64,000 nucleotides of DNA. Origin: a bacterium. GTDB taxonomy: Bacteria; Patescibacteriota; Minisyncoccia; Phycocordibacterales; UBA6899. Positions 6,961 through 16,561 of the stretch are shown one piece after another; within the stretch, counting starts at the first letter, position 1; the number at the start of each line of letters is the position of its first letter. The position numbers were made by a program, and so were the translations under genes. The notes below the pieces were generated by a model. That model saw only the letters and a program-made list of their open reading frames with translations, had not been told where the DNA came from and made no database searches. Location: assembly GCA_043756865.1 (NCBI GenBank), contig JAYUQG010000019.1:33772-97771 (forward strand), given 5' to 3'.

Positions 6961-9606
6961 ATGATTATCAAGGGCATATGTCACAGGTGTCATAATTATG
7001 GGGATATCCAGCCGAACGGATATACCATGGAGGGTATTTGTGAAAATTGTATCAAGGGCGCCCAGCGCGAAAAAATACAAGAGCAGGAAAGGGTAGATAA
7101 AGAGCGACAAGAAAGAATTATCGCCGCTCTTGCACCAGCACAAGCTCTCCTGTCAGGTGGGAATATCATCGGCGCAGACCAGGTTGCTCTTGAGCAAGGA
7201 TCGGACGAATTGCTTGATGAATACGAAAAAATTAAGTCTAAGTATATACAAAAGGATTTACGAAACTTGGAGAAAGAACTCGAGGTGGGTGAAGGATATT
7301 TTGACGATGAAAAGGCCGTTGCTCTTTCTAAAACAGGAAAAAATATCCTTGTTCAAGCGCGAGCTGGTTCGGGGAAGACGACTGCAATAGCGTTGCGAGT
7401 GCGCCACCTAATTAAATTTTACGGTGCGAAGCCCGAAGAAATACTCATTCTTGCATTTAACAGGAAGGCAGCAGAAGAGTTTCGACTACGAATCAATAGC
7501 TACTTCAAAGGATCAAATCAAATTGCTACGGAATCTAACACACTAACATTCCATGCTCTCGCGCGTAGAATAGCAAATACTACAAAGAACATATTGCAGG
7601 ATGAGAGCAGGGATGGGAGCGAGGAGGGACGACATGGTGAAGACAAGAAGTTACAGATTGATTTTGTGCGAGAATGTTTTAATAAGGTAGAAAAAGAAGG
7701 ACATGGTCTTATCGAAAAACTTTTCTATCTATTTTTAAAATCGGCGTCTGAAAAAATTGGTGGCTTATTTAGAAACAGCGAGGACTACTATCTATATTTA
7801 CGAAACCTACAACACGTAACGATAGCTGGAGAGATTGTTAAGTCAAGAGGGGAGAAGTATATTGCCGATTTTCTATTCGAGCATCGAGTTACAAAAAATG
7901 GAAGGGAAATTGAATATGCATATGAGCGCAACATTAAAAAGAATATTAATGCAACTCGTCCATATAGCCCCGACTTCTCACTATTTTTTGTTGAAGATGA
8001 GGAGAAATTAGACCTTCAGGCCGTTGTCGAATTCTTTGGTTTTACCGAAAGTTATCCTGGGTACCCCGGGTTTTTTGAATCGCGGGCTGCGTCCAGGTCA
8101 TATCTAAACGAAGCAGAGCAAAAAAGAATATTATTTCGAGATAAGGACATGAAGCTGGTTGAAATGAACGCCAATGACCTGACATCTTCTGCAGATGTTA
8201 AATTAGAAAATAAGGAAGACGCAAACCGGCAGTGGTTTGAGGAAATCCTTCGACAGCGACTTACGCGGTCTGGTTTCGATATTTCTAAAGAGTGCCTAAG
8301 TATTAAGGAAATACTTGCAAAAATTCCCAAGGTGGAAAGAAGAAAAAAAGCATTGGTAAAACAAATAACGCAATTCATTAACAAGGCTCAAAAAATATCT
8401 TACGATCCGGATACGATCAGAACAATTGCGGGAAAAGAGAAGGAAAACGGAAGATTGAGTAAGCGCACAGAGTATTTTATTAAAATGGCATGTCGAGTAT
8501 ATGAGGAATATCATTCCAGACTGGAGAAGGAGCCGTTCACTGACTTCGACGGACTTCTTGTTGATGCAATAAAGAGAATTAAAAATGAAGGTAGCGTCTG
8601 CAAGATATTGCCCAAGGGAGGAAAGGGAGAGTCCCAAGATATAGGAAACATAAAATACATACTTATTGACGAGTACCAGGACTTTTCGAAATTATTTTGC
8701 GAGCTTATTGATGCAATCAGAACAAATAATCCACAAGTTTCATTTTTTTGTGTCGGAGATGATTGGCAGGCTATCAATGCATTTGCGGGCTCAGATTTAG
8801 AATATTTTGATAACTTTGAAAAATATTTTGTTGGCGGCCGTCGAACAAAGTTGCTGACGAACTATCGTAGTTGTGCACACATAATCGAGCATGCTAATTG
8901 TCTAATGAGGGGCAGGGGTGATGATGGAAAACCACAAGCACAAAAAGCTTTCGGTAGAGTGTATCTCATGTCGTTGCTTTGGGTTGAGAACAGACGGGAT
9001 CAAGAATATGAAGCAGAGTTTTTAGAAGATGAAAAATATAGGTCGGCTGCAAAGTTGCTTCTGGGACTTGAGGATGCTGATAAAGCAGCCCCATTTGAAC
9101 TTGTCTCTTACTTAAAAACCGTCGAGAAGGTTGTAAATGATTTGCCGTCGGATAAAAACATCTGCCTACTATTTCGTGGCAACCACATTCGTGGGTCCGA
9201 AATAACCAAATTCACAGAACAAATCCGTGCATGGACATCAGGTAATAAAAATAGAGTCATATGTTCGACGGCCCATGGATTTAAGGGAAAGGAATGCGAC
9301 GCAATCGTTGTGGTTGATGCAAACCATAGAAGTTATCCAAAGTTTCATCCCGACAATGAGCTAATGGAAATACTCGGCGTAACGTTGTCGAAGGTGATAG
9401 ACGAGGAGCGTCGCCTATTCTATGTGGCAATTACGAGAGCAAAGGAAAGTTTATATTTGCTATATGACAACGGTGCGACGGTTGGTATATCGGATTTTAT
9501 TGGAGAAATTGAAAAAGGTGGCTGGAATTATGAGTTAATGTCATCACGTGGCTCAAGTAAGAAGCTAGACGAGGAGCTAGATATGGGTGATGAAATTGCC
9601 TTTTAA
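6961..9606 (+). CDS. UvrD/helicase IV-like SF1 helicase with inserted PD-(D/E)XK nuclease-like domain
   Basis: Walker A ARAGSGKT, IDEYQD, VGDDWQAINAFAG, NYRS, STAHGFKGKE, EERRLFYVAITRAK; insert KSRGEKYIADFL...YAYE...PDF...VVEFFG; N-terminal CHRC/CENC. Confidence 0.88.
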   Translation: MIIKGICHRCHNYGDIQPNGYTMEGICENCIKGAQREKIQEQERVDKERQERIIAALAPAQALLSGGNIIGADQVALEQGSDELLDEYEKIKSKYIQKDLRNLEKELEVGEGYFDDEKAVALSKTGKNILVQARAGSGKTTAIALRVRHLIKFYGAKPEEILILAFNRKAAEEFRLRINSYFKGSNQIATESNTLTFHALARRIANTTKNILQDESRDGSEEGRHGEDKKLQIDFVRECFNKVEKEGHGLIEKLFYLFLKSASEKIGGLFRNSEDYYLYLRNLQHVTIAGEIVKSRGEKYIADFLFEHRVTKNGREIEYAYERNIKKNINATRPYSPDFSLFFVEDEEKLDLQAVVEFFGFTESYPGYPGFFESRAASRSYLNEAEQKRILFRDKDMKLVEMNANDLTSSADVKLENKEDANRQWFEEILRQRLTRSGFDISKECLSIKEILAKIPKVERRKKALVKQITQFINKAQKISYDPDTIRTIAGKEKENGRLSKRTEYFIKMACRVYEEYHSRLEKEPFTDFDGLLVDAIKRIKNEGSVCKILPKGGKGESQDIGNIKYILIDEYQDFSKLFCELIDAIRTNNPQVSFFCVGDDWQAINAFAGSDLEYFDNFEKYFVGGRRTKLLTNYRSCAHIIEHANCLMRGRGDDGKPQAQKAFGRVYLMSLLWVENRRDQEYEAEFLEDEKYRSAAKLLLGLEDADKAAPFELVSYLKTVEKVVNDLPSDKNICLLFRGNHIRGSEITKFTEQIRAWTSGNKNRVICSTAHGFKGKECDAIVVVDANHRSYPKFHPDNELMEILGVTLSKVIDEERRLFYVAITRAKESLYLLYDNGATVGISDFIGEIEKGGWNYELMSSRGSSKKLDEELDMGDEIAF

Positions 9607-9681
9607 GTGACACTCGCCGATCTCATTCCTGTGTCACTTTTGTCACTTTTTCAACGTGCCCGAGACCCTTCGTTGTGATAA

Positions 9682-9749
9682 TCTGAAACTAGGCGATTCG
9701 GCCAAGGTGGGCTTGGCCGACCACGGTTCTAGCTCGAGACGGCCAGCCA
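9682..9749 (+). repeat. degenerate tRNA(Gln-like) 3' half containing a hairpin; candidate island att site
   Basis: TCTGAAACTAGG...GGTTCTAGCTCGAGACGGCCAGCCA, with perfect hairpin TCGGCCAAG-GTGGG-CTTGGCCGA at 9698-9720. Confidence 0.35.
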
Positions 9750-9809
9750 AGTTATAGTGAAATGAGGTAACCTCTTGAATTGTTAGCTGGAGGCAGATAA
9801 TATACTGAT

Positions 9810-10904
9810 ATGAATTATACTCGTATTGCTTTTGCTGCATTGTTCATATTTATTATTCTCGTTGTATTTTTTTATTCTAATTATGAATCAAAAGCACCTT
9901 ATGTTGTCCACTCCGGCGACGGCATGGCAGAGCTCCGCATCCCACATGACGCGGTGCTCACGGGTGGAACACTTGCGGACATAAAGATGAGCGCCATTTC
10001 ACCTGCAGAGTTCTTCGCAGAGAGTAATCAACCCACCAACAGCGCAAAGGTGTACAAGCTTGAGCCAAATGGTCTCTCGTTCTCTAAGCCCGCGACAATC
10101 GTGGTGACTTATCCATATGATGCAAAGAAATCATATGCCCCAGTATTTCTCACACATGCAGATAATGGGAGTAGTGTAACTAGCCTCGATATCACCGACG
10201 CACAAGTCGATGAAGCAGGAAAGACAATGACTATTTCGGGCGAACTGAGCCACTTCACTATATTTGTTTCAAACCCCGAACCGCACATATTTGTCGCCAC
10301 CACTCTGCCTGAAGGCAAACTGACAAAATCGATAGGTGAGTCGTTCATACACACACTGCTCGTCACTCCCGGAAAGTGGGAATACACGAATCATCCAAGC
10401 CGGCTCGACCCGAACTATACCGTACGTGTCACCCTAGAAATTGGAAATGGTACGAGATGGAATATGAACAATGATTATCGCAGTCCACACATAATTCGCA
10501 CATCAGGAAGGATGGTGCCAGCGGAAGTGGTGCGCGAGCCAGCTAACCTTGCGGCAGTTGAGGCGTATCGTTTGTCGACCACATTTACATGTCAGACGGA
10601 GGGAGAAGACGCCGCATTTGTAATGGGAGGTGCATGGTTCACGTATACGCTCCAGCTTACTGCGGTTGATTCGGTAAGCAATAGGCCACGTGTTGAACGT
10701 GACAAACGGCTTGGATGGGTTTTACCTCCCACTAACCCGCAAGTGACGTGTATTGCAGGTGCATCGGAGGTTGCCACTACTACGGTCGGGGTCACGGGCG
10801 CAAACGTCAACACGAACGCTACCACCCCCGTTACTCCAAAAAAACCTACGGGAGTAATCACTGTATGTGGACTGCCGGGTGGGCCTGCATGCCCCAAGCG
10901 CTAA
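9810..10904 (+). CDS. membrane-anchored/secreted protein with ZU5-like beta domain and Cys-containing C-terminal tail
   Basis: N-terminal TM helix; VYKLEPNGLSFSKPATIVVTY and ELSHFT motifs; Thr/Pro linker; tail VITVCGLPGGPACPKR. Confidence 0.7.
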   Translation: MNYTRIAFAALFIFIILVVFFYSNYESKAPYVVHSGDGMAELRIPHDAVLTGGTLADIKMSAISPAEFFAESNQPTNSAKVYKLEPNGLSFSKPATIVVTYPYDAKKSYAPVFLTHADNGSSVTSLDITDAQVDEAGKTMTISGELSHFTIFVSNPEPHIFVATTLPEGKLTKSIGESFIHTLLVTPGKWEYTNHPSRLDPNYTVRVTLEIGNGTRWNMNNDYRSPHIIRTSGRMVPAEVVREPANLAAVEAYRLSTTFTCQTEGEDAAFVMGGAWFTYTLQLTAVDSVSNRPRVERDKRLGWVLPPTNPQVTCIAGASEVATTTVGVTGANVNTNATTPVTPKKPTGVITVCGLPGGPACPKR

Positions 10905-10994
10905 AAACAATCACTGCAGGAAACAGAAATTACTAAATACATACAGTGCGTCTAAAAAGTACACAAACAAACTAGTACGTGTAAGAATACTAAA

Positions 10995-12260
10995 ATGATG
11001 AAATATATAATTATTGCTCTTGGTGCCGGGATGCTCGGCTACGCACAAGTGAGTATTGCGACAACTGCGGGCTCTGAGATAAAAATCGCTGCTCCTGCGA
11101 GTATCGCAATAATGATGCCACCGGAGATTAGTCTGGCAATCAATGGGGTGGCAGGAAAACCTTTTATTCTTGATGGCACAAAAAGTCAGGATGATGGAGG
11201 TGTGCGTAAATTTCTTTGGGTACAAACCGAAGGTCCTATAGTTCTACTCCCTGACGCAACAGCAGTGAAACTGTTCGTCACTCCGCCACGAGGAGGTACG
11301 TACGTGTTCGATCTTCAGGCGACAGACGCAATTGGCCTCATGACCACAGTACAGCGAGTAAAAGTTGTCGTTGGTGACCCCGATTTCGACCTCATTAAGG
11401 CAAGCCCTCCGCCACCCCCTACACCCACGACTAGTGTTGTGGCAAATCCGCTCTATGAAGACAAAAGTCAGAGTGGGGTAAATCCTGTGTATCAGTCTAG
11501 AGAAATGACAGTCGCACCCACACCTTCTGTTGTAAAACCAAGACCAATGGGTGACTCCGATTCTGATCTTTTAAACAAGATAACCCCGCCACCCTCGCGT
11601 CCCATTAATGACCCCGACCGCGATGGGTATCCAGATGTCATGACCGGCAAAGCGCCCGTGACCCCTCCCATATCCGGTGACCCTGATTTTGACCAGCTCA
11701 ACATTCAGTTCGATGAAGATGCCGACAATGACGGCATACCTTCAATGGACGAAGATATTTTAGAAAACGCAAAGGTGACAGTGCGTGGGTGGGACTTCGA
11801 GAAAAAGGAAGTTATTGCGGCACATCCTGAGCTCGTGAGAAGCTCGGGGGATTTACGAGTATATGCAGAAGCAGTGACTATCGACAACCTGCAAATTACG
11901 AAAGTAAAGATCGACAAGTCCACAATTAAGGTTGACGCAATTGAAAAAGGGAAATTGTTTTGGTTTATACCCGTAGACATGAATTCACAAATCGTCATAA
12001 AGCACGATGATACGTCACCCTCGGAAGACACCGTCACCGTGGATTTGCCATGGTGGAGCATTTTCGTCGACGACGATGTTGATACCGCAGCAATCGAGAG
12101 TGCGGTCACACTTGAACTCGCGGCAACACCGCAGATTGGAGTAGCCACTGGAGAAATAGGGGTTACGCTCACTCGTGTTTCCCGAGTACTCAACAGTCTT
12201 TCGAACGTGCTCAAAACTAAACACGATACAGTCAAGAATTCAATCAACAACGTACGCTAA
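10995..12260 (+). CDS. secreted PKD/Ig-like domain protein with Pro-rich repeats and secretion-substrate-like C-terminal helix
   Basis: Signal peptide; LDGTKSQDDGG..FLWVQTEGP..GTYVFDLQATD (PKD-like); GDPDFDL-type repeats; DxDxDG motifs; ends LSNVLKTKHDTVKNSINNVR. Confidence 0.75.
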   Translation: MMKYIIIALGAGMLGYAQVSIATTAGSEIKIAAPASIAIMMPPEISLAINGVAGKPFILDGTKSQDDGGVRKFLWVQTEGPIVLLPDATAVKLFVTPPRGGTYVFDLQATDAIGLMTTVQRVKVVVGDPDFDLIKASPPPPPTPTTSVVANPLYEDKSQSGVNPVYQSREMTVAPTPSVVKPRPMGDSDSDLLNKITPPPSRPINDPDRDGYPDVMTGKAPVTPPISGDPDFDQLNIQFDEDADNDGIPSMDEDILENAKVTVRGWDFEKKEVIAAHPELVRSSGDLRVYAEAVTIDNLQITKVKIDKSTIKVDAIEKGKLFWFIPVDMNSQIVIKHDDTSPSEDTVTVDLPWWSIFVDDDVDTAAIESAVTLELAATPQIGVATGEIGVTLTRVSRVLNSLSNVLKTKHDTVKNSINNVR

Positions 12261-12326
12261 TGGCTAGTTGAGTATTAGCCATGCTGCGTTTTGTGAGCAT
12301 GAGATAGGCAGTGTATAATAGGCGTC

Positions 12327-12722
12327 ATGAAGGGATTTCACACAAACATTGAGACGGAAACGCTGGAGAATTTACACTTTCGCAAAGTGCTTTACACTGG
12401 TACACACATGCAACTCGTGCTTATGACACTCAAGAAAGGTGAGGAGATAGGTTTCGAGGTGCACGCTGATAATGACCAGTTTTTTCGCTTTGAATCTGGC
12501 AGCGGTAAGGTAATTATCGACGACACTGAGTATTCTGTGAGTGATGGTGCGGCGGTTATTATCCCTGCAGGGGCGAAGCATAATGTGGTAAATACGGGAA
12601 CTGATGAGTTGCGGATGTATACGTTATACGCACCTCCGCATCACAAGGACGGGATAGTGCGAATCACAAAAGAAGAAGCTGAAGCGCACGAGGAGGATTT
12701 TGATGGCAGGGCGACTGAGTAG
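12327..12722 (+). CDS. cupin domain protein
   Basis: EIGFEVHADNDQFFRFESG and IPAGAKHNVVN cupin motifs. Confidence 0.92.
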   Translation: MKGFHTNIETETLENLHFRKVLYTGTHMQLVLMTLKKGEEIGFEVHADNDQFFRFESGSGKVIIDDTEYSVSDGAAVIIPAGAKHNVVNTGTDELRMYTLYAPPHHKDGIVRITKEEAEAHEEDFDGRATE

Positions 12723-12773
12723 GGGGCACAGCACTTCTTGAATCCTGCAGATAGTTTGAGCTATACTAAACGC

Positions 12774-13343
12774 ATGAAACACATACGCCGCATTCATTTG
12801 TCTCTATTATCAGCATTTCGCGCATGGATTCCTCTTGCTGTTGCTATTACGGGAATATTTATCGCCCTCTATTGCACGGGGCAATTTATACTCCGCTCTC
12901 TCGCAAACGAAGAACAGGTGCGTATTAGCGCTGACGTGGTGCGTTACCTCGAAGGAGGAGGAGATCCAATGGCGCTAAACAGCCCCATGCCCACCGATAT
13001 CGGAACAGGTCTTGCACCATATATCATTTTTTACTCACTTGATCTAAGGGCGATGGCAGGCTCTGGTCTTCTAGACAACGAAAGCCCCGTACTGCCACGT
13101 GGAGTGTATGAGTTCACAAAAAAATGGGGTGAGCACCGCCTCACATGGCAGCCAAAACCCGATGTGCGTCACGCTGTGCTTATGCGCCATCTTGATACAC
13201 CCACCGCTGGATATTTATTGGTAGGTAAATCGCTAAAAGAAACTGAGCGTACAATTTGTGTACTCTGGAGCATCCTGAGCGCCTTGTGGGCACTGACAAT
13301 GCTCTTGTCTTTGTTGGCAACGGCAATTATCAAAAAGCCGTAA
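12774..13343 (+). CDS. two-TM membrane protein with extracytoplasmic sensor-like domain
   Basis: ATG 6 nt after TATACT; TM helices at both ends; EHRLTWQP motif. Confidence 0.7.
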   Translation: MKHIRRIHLSLLSAFRAWIPLAVAITGIFIALYCTGQFILRSLANEEQVRISADVVRYLEGGGDPMALNSPMPTDIGTGLAPYIIFYSLDLRAMAGSGLLDNESPVLPRGVYEFTKKWGEHRLTWQPKPDVRHAVLMRHLDTPTAGYLLVGKSLKETERTICVLWSILSALWALTMLLSLLATAIIKKP

Positions 13344-13357
13344 GTAATAAACGAAGG

Positions 13358-13393
13358 ATAGCAAAACGGCCACACCTGTGGCCGTTTTGCTAT
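13358..13393. terminator. bidirectional intrinsic terminator
   Basis: Perfect 16-bp inverted repeat ATAGCAAAACGGCCAC/GTGGCCGTTTTGCTAT between convergent genes. Confidence 0.8.
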
Positions 13394-14082
13394 TTTGGTG
13401 TTGTAGTCGCCTTCGTGCTTGTCGCTCTGAGTGCGGTCAACTCGGGGATAAGTTGCTCGATTTCCTCCCGAGACTTGAAGCCGTAATAGGGTTTTCTGTT
13501 CACAATAAGTACGGGGAACCGGTCCTCAAGTTTATAGATGGATTTGAGTGTCTCAATAACGGATAGTCCGAGATTGTAGTCGAACGCATACACATGAAGG
13601 GTCTCATAATCCTCGCGCATTGAGGTAAGTACGTAACCCATTTTTGTACAATCATCACAGTCGCCCTCATTGGAGTAGAAATAGATAATGCTTAGCGGAT
13701 TAGCATTACACTGCTTCGTCCGTTCGCGTAACAGCAGATAGTCTTTGATTTGCAGTAGTGAGTAATACTTTTTTAGACTGATAACCTCAGGATCGTCCGC
13801 ACCACGCTGGTCCTCCATATACGCAAGCCGTTTCGCGAGCATGTTTATCTCATTAATGAGAATGGGGTTGCCGCTTTCATCCATCTCGCAAGATACATCG
13901 GCAAGAAGTGCGTACTGAATTTCTGACTCTAATATATTGAGATTGATGTTGTCCTCGATGTTTTTTACCTGTGAAAGGCGTTGCTGATACAGGTAATCCG
14001 AAAAAAGAAAAATAATAGCAAAAATGCCCAGTGTTATAAAAAAAACGAGAATGTATTTTTTTGTATTCAAATCTTGTTGCAT
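13390..14082 (-). CDS. membrane-anchored protein with thioredoxin-like CxxC domain
   Basis: N-terminal TM; IIYFYS..CDDC..MGYVL and FPVLIVN thioredoxin-fold features. Confidence 0.75.
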   Translation of the reverse strand: MQQDLNTKKYILVFFITLGIFAIIFLFSDYLYQQRLSQVKNIEDNINLNILESEIQYALLADVSCEMDESGNPILINEINMLAKRLAYMEDQRGADDPEVISLKKYYSLLQIKDYLLLRERTKQCNANPLSIIYFYSNEGDCDDCTKMGYVLTSMREDYETLHVYAFDYNLGLSVIETLKSIYKLEDRFPVLIVNRKPYYGFKSREEIEQLIPELTALRATSTKATTTPK

Positions 14083-14105
14083 GTTGGATGAATATGGAAT
14101 GAAGA

Positions 14106-15356
14106 TTATCTCCAGCCCGCTTCTTTGGCGGTTATGAGGTTATAAAGTGAGCGCGCAAGCCAGAACGGTGCGATAAGGCCATAAAGTAACACAAAATAGA
14201 GCATATCACGAGAAAACGTAAGTCTCTTTACCGCCATGCGTGTGCCCATTACCATAAAGAAAATAGTAGCAAAAAACAAGCTATAGACGATTAACCTTTT
14301 GAATTCAAGGTTAAGCGCAAACCAGTCGAAGTTCGGCAGGCCAAAATTGAAATGAAATCCTATAGCACTGTATTGTAAGTACTTTTCGTAAAAAAGAATA
14401 AATAGATTCTTAATATATAGTGCACAGAAAAAGAGAGCGATAAATATCGAGAAAAATGCAAAGGGGAGCGTAAGCAGACCCAGATTACCGTACTTGCGGT
14501 TAAAGAACATGAAACGATACTGGAAAAGTGCATTTTTTAGGAAGCCCGTTACCCAACGTACACGTTGTGTGTAAAGCGCGCGCGGCGTGGGGGGGGAGAC
14601 CGTATACACGAGCGCAGTGTGCGAATTCTCAATCTTCATACGATGAGACTGCATGCGCAGTGCCATTTCCATGTCCTCGGTGCTGTATCCATGCACAAAA
14701 CCTCCAATTTTCTCAAAAACGGACCGGCGGTAGATAGAAAAGGGGCCAGGTGTAACATAGAGCCCATTAATCCTGCTAAACACCTTGCGTGTAAACTCTC
14801 CTATCATGTACTCAGTAGACTGAATCCTGCGAAGAACGTTGTCGGGATTATGAATTTGCACAGATGGGGTTACTGCCATAACCTCTGCGTCGTCAAAGTA
14901 TGGGATAATTTCGATTAGGGCCTGATTATCCACGTACGAATCAGCATCAAGACACCCGACGAGGTCACTTGTGGTGTGCGTCAGACCCAGATTCATGGCC
15001 GTATATTTACCTCCATTCTCTTTTGTAAAGACTCGAATTTGGGGGTGTCCATCAAATCGCCTTGCTACCTGCAGAGTGTTGTCTGTAGAGCCATCGTCTA
15101 TGATGTAGATGAAAAGACGGTCTTTGGGGTACTCAAGTGCCAGCAGTGAGTCAACAGTACCAAGTATGGTTTCTCCCTCATTCCAAGCGGGAACCATAAT
15201 GGTGACACTGGGGTATTTTCCGGGCATGCGTTGCTTTCTGGTTGCCGAATGTTCAAATCTTTCCTTGTCTTCAAAATACGTGACAAGCAGAAAAACCTCA
15301 AAATACATGATAAGGAAGAGTAATCCATAGACAGGTAGGGAAAAAAGTTGCTCCAT
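14106..15356 (-). CDS. GT2 processive glycosyltransferase (PgaC/IcaA/cellulose synthase-like)
   Basis: VPAWNE, IDDGSTD, NGGKYTAMN, LDADS, TEDME, QRVRW motifs plus TM helices. Confidence 0.92.
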   Translation of the reverse strand: MEQLFSLPVYGLLFLIMYFEVFLLVTYFEDKERFEHSATRKQRMPGKYPSVTIMVPAWNEGETILGTVDSLLALEYPKDRLFIYIIDDGSTDNTLQVARRFDGHPQIRVFTKENGGKYTAMNLGLTHTTSDLVGCLDADSYVDNQALIEIIPYFDDAEVMAVTPSVQIHNPDNVLRRIQSTEYMIGEFTRKVFSRINGLYVTPGPFSIYRRSVFEKIGGFVHGYSTEDMEMALRMQSHRMKIENSHTALVYTVSPPTPRALYTQRVRWVTGFLKNALFQYRFMFFNRKYGNLGLLTLPFAFFSIFIALFFCALYIKNLFILFYEKYLQYSAIGFHFNFGLPNFDWFALNLEFKRLIVYSLFFATIFFMVMGTRMAVKRLTFSRDMLYFVLLYGLIAPFWLARSLYNLITAKEAGWR

Positions 15357-15715
15357 ATTCTTACAAAAATACCCCGATTTTTCAGGGCTTATGGCAATCC
15401 TAATCCCAAAAGAGCTATAAGTAAAGGCATTTATTGGCAAATACAACCCCATCTTCAATCAGTGCATTTTGGTGAAAATAGACTGAAATCCATTTTGAGC
15501 CTTATTTACCAACAGAAAACGTCAAATTAGATATATTCGATGGGAAATGTCAAATTAAGTTTTAGCAAAAAAAAATCTCTTAAAAAAAATGACCAGATTT
15601 TTAATTGCAATAATACGTTGTATAATATAGCTATTTTCGAGTGTGGAGAATTAGAGTTGCCCCAAAAAGACATGTGGGTACAATGGCTTGGTATTCAAAA
15701 CTGTGCCCAAAGTGA

Positions 15716-15744
15716 TTGACTATATCGGTTAATCATGATATAAT
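15716..15744 (+). promoter_or_regulatory. sigma70-type promoter of the lytic transglycosylase gene
   Basis: TTGACT-N17-TATAAT with extended TG. Confidence 0.7.
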
Positions 15745-15784
15745 AAATTTTACGCAGAACTTCAGCTAATACCATCTCCCAAAC

Positions 15785-16513
15785 ATGCAAACCTACAATA
15801 ACCAAGGTGAATCCATCGGTGAACCGACGGGGTCAAAGCGACCCCTTGCCATCAGCATGGGACTATTGGTGCTTCTTGCCACGATTGTCCCACAATCAGC
15901 TCTCGCAGCCACCACATATCTCAGAAACAACGCTGAGCAGTTTGTCGATAGGACAGAGGAGAGATACGGGGAAATGATTGATGTAGCGGGATTGCTGCAT
16001 GATTATGACACAAAGATGATTATTGCGGTCATTATTGTAGAATCTGAGGGAAAGGAGAAGGCCGTATCCCACAAAGGTGCGCAAGGGCTTATGCAGCTTA
16101 TGCCCGGGACGGCTAAGGCCATGGGGGCAAAAGATCCCAAAGAACCCTTTCAAAATATCCTTGCGGGGACAAAGTACCTCAAAGAACTTGAGCGTATTTA
16201 CGGCTTTGATTCCAAGCAAGAGGCGCTTGTGGCATACAACATGGGTCCAACGCGGGCAAAGCGCTGGTTATCTGAATACGATGCAAAAGACTACGGTTAT
16301 GTAAAAAAAGTTATGTACGTGCATGGCTTACTCGAGGCACGAGAACTTGAGGATAAACGCGTGGCGGAAGTAACCGCACAAAAGATGGCAATAGCTGAGC
16401 TGTATGCAATTGGCACGAAGCCCATGATGACCAAGCCAAGAAGTCTTTCACTCACAGAGTTGAACGCCACACTTTCCCGAAAAGAGATACTGCAGAGCGA
16501 AGCGGCGAAATAA
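15785..16513 (+). CDS. lytic transglycosylase (SLT domain)
   Basis: IIVESEG catalytic Glu, GAQGLMQLMPGTA, AYNMG motifs; N-terminal hydrophobic segment. Confidence 0.92.
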   Translation: MQTYNNQGESIGEPTGSKRPLAISMGLLVLLATIVPQSALAATTYLRNNAEQFVDRTEERYGEMIDVAGLLHDYDTKMIIAVIIVESEGKEKAVSHKGAQGLMQLMPGTAKAMGAKDPKEPFQNILAGTKYLKELERIYGFDSKQEALVAYNMGPTRAKRWLSEYDAKDYGYVKKVMYVHGLLEARELEDKRVAEVTAQKMAIAELYAIGTKPMMTKPRSLSLTELNATLSRKEILQSEAAK

Positions 16514-16561
16514 TAAACACAAAAAGCACCCTATAGTGGTGTTTTTTGGTATAGTGAAATT

